Below, one piece after another: positions 36,723-41,986 of a stretch of 64,000 nucleotides of DNA. The notes under the pieces were generated by a model. That model was not told where the DNA came from, made no database searches, and worked only from the letters and a program-made list of their open reading frames with translations. The position numbers and the translations under genes were made by a program. Source of the DNA: an uncultured Microbacterium sp. (GTDB lineage: Bacteria > Actinomycetota > Actinomycetes > Actinomycetales > Microbacteriaceae); assembly GCF_945952435.1 (NCBI RefSeq), contig NZ_CAMFHZ010000006.1, forward strand, positions 83,183 to 147,182, given 5' to 3'. Position 1 is the first letter of the stretch; every line of letters starts with the position of its first letter.

Positions 36723-37385
36723 ATGAGCGATCACGCCGACAGGGTCTCCGCCGCGCTGATGGGGTCGCCGGCTCCCCGAGACCTCGCCTGGACGGACTTC
36801 GTCATGCTCTGGAAGGAGCGTGCGGACGAAGTCGAGGAGGAGTCGGGAGATCGCCTGGCCGTGCGCATGAACGGCCACCGGGTCGTCTTCCGGCGCCCCC
36901 ACGACGGCGTGGTCTCGATCCAGGACGTCGAGGACGCCCGCCACCTGCTGACCGCGCAGCCGGTCGAGAAGGGCGAAGGACGTCTCCTCGCCGTCACCAT
37001 GGACGACGAGCGGGCCCGCATCTGGGATTTCGATCTCGACGCGACGACGGTCCAGGACGAGACGCACACCCTGCGGGACGGGGATCCGCGGGCGCATCAC
37101 CTGCGCACGGTCGAGCGGCACACCGGGCGCGACGACGAGCGCGACCTCGTGCACTACTTCGACGAGGTGGCCGATCGGATGCAGACCGAGTTCGCGGGCC
37201 GCCGATTCGTGCTGTTCGGTCACGGCGACGGCACGTCGGATGCGGCCGCGCTCTTCGCCGCGCGTCTGCGCAAGGAGCATCCGCTCGTCGCGGGCGCGAT
37301 GATCGCCGAGGAGCGGATCGACCTGAGCGCCGCCACCCCTGCCGACATCGAGGCGGCGGCGCAGAAGGCCGCCGCCCGGGGCTGA
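36723..37385 (+). CDS. Hypothetical two-part cytoplasmic protein (220 aa), no confident family assignment
   Basis: Lies in ORF 36618..37385(+). ATG 36723 is preceded by gagggag. Third-codon positions are mostly G/C. The C-terminal part (ARIWDF ... HYFDEVADRM ... RFVLFGHGDG) loosely recalls host-attachment/eRF1-like proteins. Confidence 0.6.
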   Translation: MSDHADRVSAALMGSPAPRDLAWTDFVMLWKERADEVEEESGDRLAVRMNGHRVVFRRPHDGVVSIQDVEDARHLLTAQPVEKGEGRLLAVTMDDERARIWDFDLDATTVQDETHTLRDGDPRAHHLRTVERHTGRDDERDLVHYFDEVADRMQTEFAGRRFVLFGHGDGTSDAAALFAARLRKEHPLVAGAMIAEERIDLSAATPADIEAAAQKAAARG

Positions 37386-37692
37386 CCGGCCCTCACCGCA
37401 ACGGGCCGTATTCCGCGGCCGCGGCCGCGACGCGGTTGTTGTAGTGGCCGGAAGCAGGCGATCAACGCTCGGCGCCGAGCACGTCCGTTCGACACCCGCA
37501 GCGCAGGGTGCCCCGGGCGGCGAGATGTCCGCGGCCGTGCCGGTGGGCGCGGGCGAGGGACGCCTGCGCGGATCCTCCGCTCGGGCGTTCCGCGGAACGG
37601 CGAGACCCGGAGCGCCCGGGCGGGCGGGAGATGCGTCGTGCGTGCGTGCTCGGCATCTCGTCACCACCCTCGCGTCTCATCGCGTCATCCCC

Positions 37693-37727
37693 GTTATTTA
37701 GCATGATTCTCGTTTTCGTTAATGATC
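37693..37727. promoter_or_regulatory. AT-rich island with promoter-like hexamers and a degenerate Zur-like half-site
   Basis: gttatttagcatgattctcgttttcgttaatgatc. TTAGCA-N17-AATGAT on the + strand. Minus-strand cgagaatcatgctaa matches 10/15 of the box at 40000. Confidence 0.3.
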
Positions 37728-37798
37728 CGGCCCGGCGATGCAACTCCTGTCAAGTCGAGTGCGACGCAGCGATTCACCGCGAAGGATGCGGCTGTTAT

Positions 37799-37813
37799 TG
37801 AGAACGGTTGTCA
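37799..37813. promoter_or_regulatory. Zur-type (Fur-family) palindromic box upstream of the COG0523 gene
   Basis: tgagaacggttgtca = TGAgAAC-G-GTTgTCA, within the extended palindrome ttattgagaacggttgtcagtaa. It lies 13 nt upstream of ATG 37827. Confidence 0.7.
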
Positions 37814-37826
37814 GTAAGCTGGCGGG

Positions 37827-38852
37827 ATGATCCTGCCTCGCGTTCCGGTCGTCGCCGTGACGGGGCATCTCGGCGCGGGTAAGACGAGCCTGCTCAACCA
37901 CCTGCTGCGCGCGGAGGGCGCACGGATCGGCGTGGTCGTGAACGACTTCGGCACGCTGAACGTCGACGCGGCCCTGGTCACCGGTCAGATCGACGAGGCC
38001 GCGGCCATCTCCGGAGGTTGCGTGTGGTGCCTCCCCGACGCCGGCGGCTTGGACGAGGCCCTGGAACGCCTCTCCCACCCCCGCCTCCGCCTGGATGCGA
38101 TCGTGGTGGAGGCCAGCGGCGCGGCGGACCCCGTCGTCCTGGCGAGACTGATCCGGTTCAGCGGCGCCGAACGCGTCAGGCCCGGCGGCGTGGTCGAGGT
38201 GATCGACGCGGTCGAGCACTTCACCACCGTCGACACGCGCGAGGCCCCGCCCCTGCGCTATCGCGCCGCGACCCTCGCCGTGATCGGCAAGAGCGACCTG
38301 CTGCCGCCGGACGAGCGCGCACGCACGGTCGAACGGATCCGACACCGCATCCGGGAGAGCAATCCACGGATCCCCGTCCTCCTCGCTCGCCACGGCGGCA
38401 TCGACCCCGCACTGGTCTTCGATGTCGCGGAGCACGCGGATCCCGCCGACCAGCTGCCGATCGCCGCCCTCCTGCGGGAGGAGGCGCACGACCACTCGCC
38501 CGGGCACGCGCACGCGCAGGCGACGTCGATCGCGCTGCGCGGGCCCGTCGCGCCCGGAGCCCTGGTCGATTTGCTCGAAGATCCGCCGCCAGGCGCCTAC
38601 CGGATCAAAGGACGCGTGCGCGTTCGTACTCCGAGGGACGATCGCGGGTACGTGGTCAACGTCGTCGGGCGCATGCTCCACATCGCCGCGTTGCCCGAGC
38701 CGCCGCGCGACGGAGAGCTCGTCGCCATCGGGCCGATGCTCGACCCCGTCGAGGCGCATCGGCGGCTGGCCGCCGTGCTCGACGCTCCGTCCGCGGCCCC
38801 CGATGCCGCCGGGCTCAGGAGACTCCGGCGGCATCGACGCCTCAGCGAGTGA
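37827..38852 (+). CDS. COG0523/CobW-family G3E GTPase (putative zinc metallochaperone)
   Basis: 341 aa. P-loop GHLGAGKTS, EASGAADP, GKSDL. His-rich linker EEAHDHSPGHAHAQ. CobW_C-like domain YRIKGRVRV. The metal motif is GCVWC instead of GCxCC. Confidence 0.85.
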   Translation: MILPRVPVVAVTGHLGAGKTSLLNHLLRAEGARIGVVVNDFGTLNVDAALVTGQIDEAAAISGGCVWCLPDAGGLDEALERLSHPRLRLDAIVVEASGAADPVVLARLIRFSGAERVRPGGVVEVIDAVEHFTTVDTREAPPLRYRAATLAVIGKSDLLPPDERARTVERIRHRIRESNPRIPVLLARHGGIDPALVFDVAEHADPADQLPIAALLREEAHDHSPGHAHAQATSIALRGPVAPGALVDLLEDPPPGAYRIKGRVRVRTPRDDRGYVVNVVGRMLHIAALPEPPRDGELVAIGPMLDPVEAHRRLAAVLDAPSAAPDAAGLRRLRRHRRLSE

Positions 38853-38928
38853 CGTGCCCGTGCCCCCGGTGCGGCGATCCGTCAGGGGACGCGCGCGGCG
38901 TAGGCGACCGTCGCCTTCGTCGACGCGA

Positions 38929-39819
38929 TCAGGTGCGGGACGCGCGAGCGATGGACTCGATCGACGCGTCCAGGGTGCGGGTGAACTCGTCGTCGCTCTG
39001 CGACACGGCCAGGCCGTCGAGCAGCGCACGGCTGAAGCTCGCGATCACGCCGGGATTCCGCGCCAGACGTGCGTTCGCCTCGTCCCGGCCGTACCCGCCG
39101 GAGAGCGCGACGACGCGCGCGACCCTCGGATGGTCGACGAGCTCCCCGTAGAAGCCGTCGACGCTCGGCAGGGTGAGCTTGACGGCGACCCTCCCCGCCT
39201 CCGGGAGCGCGTCCAGCTGCGCGAGGAGCTGCGCTTTCAGGAGTTCCTCCGCCCGTTGCTTGTCGGGGATGCGGATGTCGATCTCCGGTTCGAGGATCGG
39301 CACGAGTCCCGCCGCCAGAACGTGCTCGGCGACCTGGATCTGCTGCGCCACCACCCTCGCGATGCCGATCGGGTCGGCGGCATGGACGAGCGACCGCTCC
39401 TTCGTGCCGAACACGCCGCGGTCCGCGGCGTGGGCGAGCAGACCGTCGAGATCGTTGATCTCACGCATCGTCTGCACGCCGTCCCGGGGATCGTCGAGTC
39501 CGTGATCGATCTTCAGGAAGGGCAGGATCCCCTTCACCTTCCACAGGTACGCAGCCACGCCGATCCCGTCGACCGTCCGATCGAGGGTGCCGTCGAACAG
39601 GATCGCCCCCAGGATGCGATCCCCGGTGAAGGCCGAGCTGGTGAGGACGCGGGAGCGGGCGGCGTGGATGCGCTCGAGCATCTCCTCCTCGTCGCGATAC
39701 TGCGACTCGTCGACGCCATAGCGCCGGAGCGCGTCCGGCGTGCTTCCCCCGCTCTGGTCGAGCGCGGCGATGAAGCCCCTCCCCTTCTCGAACCGGGCGA
39801 GCTGGGCGGCGTCGGGCAT
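38929..39819 (-). CDS. Class I (Schiff-base, metal-independent) fructose-bisphosphate aldolase
   Basis: Lies in ORF 38929..39861(-). MPDAAQLARFEKGRGFIAALDQSGGSTP, PFLKIDHGL, FGTKERS, LVPILEPEI, VAVKLTLP and VALSGGY align along the whole length with staphylococcal-type class I Fda. An alternative GTG start is at 39861. Confidence 0.85.
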   Translation of the reverse strand: MPDAAQLARFEKGRGFIAALDQSGGSTPDALRRYGVDESQYRDEEEMLERIHAARSRVLTSSAFTGDRILGAILFDGTLDRTVDGIGVAAYLWKVKGILPFLKIDHGLDDPRDGVQTMREINDLDGLLAHAADRGVFGTKERSLVHAADPIGIARVVAQQIQVAEHVLAAGLVPILEPEIDIRIPDKQRAEELLKAQLLAQLDALPEAGRVAVKLTLPSVDGFYGELVDHPRVARVVALSGGYGRDEANARLARNPGVIASFSRALLDGLAVSQSDDEFTRTLDASIESIARASRT

Positions 39820-39863
39820 CGGCAGGTGCTGGGGGCCTCGGCGGGCCGGTCTGGCAACCACGC

Positions 39864-39986
39864 TCAGCCCTGTCGGCCTTTGAAGCGCGGGTTGAGCTTG
39901 TTGATGACGTAGACCCGCCCTCGGCGGCGCACCACCTGGGCTCCGGGCTGATTCTTGAGGGATTTGAGGGACGCACGGACTTTCAT
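39864..39986 (-). CDS. rpmJ: Ribosomal protein L36, cysteine-free (C-minus, zinc-independent) paralog
   Basis: Not in the ORF track (40 aa). Read by hand: [40 protein letters not shown]. It has no Cys or His zinc ligands, like YkgO-type L36. SD aaggag lies upstream. Confidence 0.85.
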   Translation of the reverse strand: MKVRASLKSLKNQPGAQVVRRRGRVYVINKLNPRFKGRQG

Positions 39987-39999
39987 GATGACTCCTTAC

Positions 40000-40014
40000 T
40001 GAGAATGATTATCA
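40000..40014. promoter_or_regulatory. Zur-type palindromic box in the divergent L36 / COG0523-like promoter region
   Basis: tgagaatgattatca = TGAgAAT-G-ATTaTCA. It lies 13 nt from the L36 start codon and 48 nt upstream of ATG 40063. Confidence 0.75.
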
Positions 40015-40062
40015 TTCGCTAGCATACGAGGCACCAGACAAAAGATGAAAAGAGGGACGCGC

Positions 40063-41094
40063 ATGGAACCGGTCGGCGTGATCGCGGTGGTGGGCGCAGG
40101 CGACACGGAACGAGGCGGCTACGCGACCGCACTGGCGCACCGGACGAACCGGGCGCTCATCCCCGCGTCGCGGCTGTCAGGATCTCCCGATCCAGCGCAG
40201 GAGGCCGCCGTGCTGGCGTCCTGGACCGACGTCCCGGAGGGCGTCGTGGTCGACATGCCCGACGAGGTGCCCGCGGGCGAGATCATCGGCACCTTCGTCG
40301 ACGTCGAGCAGGGGAGCACCCTCCTCGGCATCGTGTGCGTCGTCGACGCGGCACGAGTGCGCGACGAACTGCGACGGGTGGACGACGTGCCGCTGAGGGA
40401 CAGGGACAGCGGTATCGCCGCCCTGCGGGAGTCGCGCGCACGGCTCACCGCGTGGCAGATCGAGTTCGCCTCGACGATCGCGCTGGTGAACTGGTCGACT
40501 CTGGCCGCCTCGGAGCTGTCGCTCATCGCGTCGCTGCTGAGTCATCTGAGCCCCCGCGCGCGTCTACGCTTGCACGGCGGTATCGTGGAGCGCCTCGTCT
40601 CGGACGACGCCTACGCGGTGGAACAGGACCGCCCAGGATGGATGTGCCTTCTCAACGAGAGCTTCGATCCCCCGCTGACGGATCCCCGGGTGTCCGCCCT
40701 GCGCTACGAACAGGTCCGCCCGCTGCATCCGGGGCGCCTGGCCCACCTCCTGGACGCGCGGATCGAGCCGGGAGAGTTCGGCACCGTGGTGCGCTCCGCC
40801 GGATTCTGCCGTCTCGCGAGCCGCGGCGGCATCGTCGCGCAATGGGAGCACGTCGGGTCCGTGATCTCCCTCAATCCGGTCGCCGTCGACGCGCGACTCG
40901 ACGATGCGGACGAGATGCTCTCCCTCGGACAGGACCTCGCGTTCGTCGGGATCGACCTGGACCGGGACGGTCTCGTCGCCGCGCTGGACGAGGCCGCACT
41001 CACCGATGCCGAACTCGCCGAGGGCCCCGAAGCCTGGGCGAGGTTCGCCGACCCGTTCCCCACCTGGGCGACGGCATCCGATCGGCAGGACTGA
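40063..41094 (+). CDS. Degenerate COG0523/CobW-like protein (predicted pseudo-GTPase) retaining a CobW_C-like domain
   Basis: ORF 40045..41094(+). ATG 40063 is preceded by agaggga. The P-loop position reads VVGAGDTERG (no Lys-Ser/Thr). There is no CxCC. The NKxD position reads VNWS. The C-terminal part (VRSAGFCRLASRGGIVAQWEHVGSVISL ... LAFVGIDLD) resembles CobW_C. Confidence 0.65.
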   Translation: MEPVGVIAVVGAGDTERGGYATALAHRTNRALIPASRLSGSPDPAQEAAVLASWTDVPEGVVVDMPDEVPAGEIIGTFVDVEQGSTLLGIVCVVDAARVRDELRRVDDVPLRDRDSGIAALRESRARLTAWQIEFASTIALVNWSTLAASELSLIASLLSHLSPRARLRLHGGIVERLVSDDAYAVEQDRPGWMCLLNESFDPPLTDPRVSALRYEQVRPLHPGRLAHLLDARIEPGEFGTVVRSAGFCRLASRGGIVAQWEHVGSVISLNPVAVDARLDDADEMLSLGQDLAFVGIDLDRDGLVAALDEAALTDAELAEGPEAWARFADPFPTWATASDRQD

Positions 41095-41201
41095 ACGCCC
41101 CGGCGCGTGTGAGGCACGAGACGCGGCAGGGGTGCGTCGCGCACGACGCACCCCGGGCGTGCAGGAGCGTTCGACGCGCTCCGCGAACGGTTCCGACCGA
41201 C

Positions 41202-41846
41202 TCAGTGCTCGTCGTAGTGGTCGCCGTGCTGCGCGTGCTTGTGGCCGTCGTGGAGATAGTCCACGTGCCCGTCGTGCTCGACGGTGTCGTGACCGCAGTC
41301 GGCGCCGTGCGCATGGTCGGCGGGCGTGTGCTCCGCCACCGACTCGTGCTCGTCGTAGTGGTCGCCGTGCAGCGCGTGCCGGTGCGTGCCGTGCACGTAG
41401 TCGACATGGTCGCCATGAGGCACTGCCTCGTGGCCGCAGGCCGCCCCGTGCTCGTGCTCCGCGGCGGTGTGCTCGGCGTGGACGTCGGTGTCGGTCATGA
41501 TGACCCTTTCTCTATTGATGGGCGGTGCGGAGGGTGACGCTTGCGGAATCGCGGCCTGAGTTTCCGCAGTTTCCCGGACGTGCGCGAGCGCATCGGCGAT
41601 GACGTGGCTGACATGCAGATCCGCGAGCCGGCAGATGACCTCCTTGCCGCTTCGCTGCGATGTGACCAGCCCCGCCTGGCGCAGGGTCCGCAGATGCTGG
41701 GACACCAGCGGCTGCGACATGCCCGTCGCCTCGACCAGCGCTCCGACCGTCCGCGGCTCCTGCCCGATCGCGTGCAGAAGCTCCAGTCTCGACGCACTGC
41801 CCAGCACTTTGAAGAGTTCGGCAGCGGCGGCGATTCCCCGATTCAT
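41202..41846 (-). CDS. ArsR/SmtB-family metalloregulator with alpha5-type metal site, fused to a C-terminal tandem His/Cys-rich domain
   Basis: Lies in ORF 41202..41918(-). ATG 41846 is preceded by ggagg. HTH LFKVLGSASRLELLHAI ... SQPLVSQHLRTLRQAGLV. ADLHVSHVIADALAHVRE fits DxHx10Hx2E (SmtB D104/H106/H117/E120). No stop occurs before the tail, which has 25 His and 2 Cys in 94 aa. Confidence 0.8.
   Translation of the reverse strand: MNRGIAAAAELFKVLGSASRLELLHAIGQEPRTVGALVEATGMSQPLVSQHLRTLRQAGLVTSQRSGKEVICRLADLHVSHVIADALAHVRETAETQAAIPQASPSAPPINRERVIMTDTDVHAEHTAAEHEHGAACGHEAVPHGDHVDYVHGTHRHALHGDHYDEHESVAEHTPADHAHGADCGHDTVEHDGHVDYLHDGHKHAQHGDHYDEH
41205..41486. repeat. Tandem duplication (2 x 141 bp) encoding the 47-aa His-rich unit
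   Basis: The 25-mer gtgctcgtcgtagtggtcgccgtgc occurs at 41205-41229 and 41346-41370. The protein units both end HVDYxHxxHxHAxHGDHYDEH. Confidence 0.85.
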
Positions 41847-41910
41847 GATCTTTTCCTCCATACGACCATACATATAAATATATTGCAATGTGTCGATAGA
41901 GTTGGGAATC

Positions 41911-41952
41911 GTTCTCACTCGGGGCGCCGACGTCGAAGCCCCGAGTGAGAAC
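41911..41952 (-). terminator. Terminator hairpin downstream of the ABC-F gene
   Basis: Perfect 14-bp stem: gttctcactcgggg (41911-41924) pairs with ccccgagtgagaac (41939-41952). Confidence 0.6.
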
Positions 41953-41986
41953 GAGTCGCCGGTCGAGGCGGTCCCGGCGCAGGCGC

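Noticed and set aside
37462-37656. 64-aa Arg-rich minus-strand ORF (MPSTHARRISRPPGRSGSRRSAERPSGG...) just downstream of the AT-rich island. I considered it as a possible Zur-regulated alternative ribosomal protein.
   Set aside because: It does not resemble L28, L31, L32, L33, L36, S14 or S18. Second-codon-position GC is very high (R/P/S/G/A rich), as in spurious frames. I kept it only as part of the unassigned-spacer finding.
40000-40014. An alternative reading of the palindromes as iron-responsive Fur or IdeR/DtxR sites.
   Set aside because: The IdeR/DtxR consensus (TTAGGTTAGGCTAACCTAA type) does not fit. The flanking genes (Cys-free L36, COG0523) are hallmark zinc-regulon members. This remains an inference until binding is tested.
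41847-41910. The AT-rich segment catacatataaatatattgcaatgtgtcgatagag upstream of the ArsR/SmtB gene, considered as a defined 12-2-12 operator.
   Set aside because: Only imperfect dyad symmetry is present (ATATAAATATAT, and ACACAT...ATGTAT). It is plausible as a promoter/operator region, but I cannot define a site from sequence alone.
41911-41952. TGAGAAC(G) half-sites, identical to the left half of the Zur-type box, in both arms of the hairpin downstream of the ABC-F gene.
   Set aside because: The half-sites are 27 nt apart as part of a 14-bp terminator stem. They do not form the 7-1-7 palindrome, so this is most likely coincidence.
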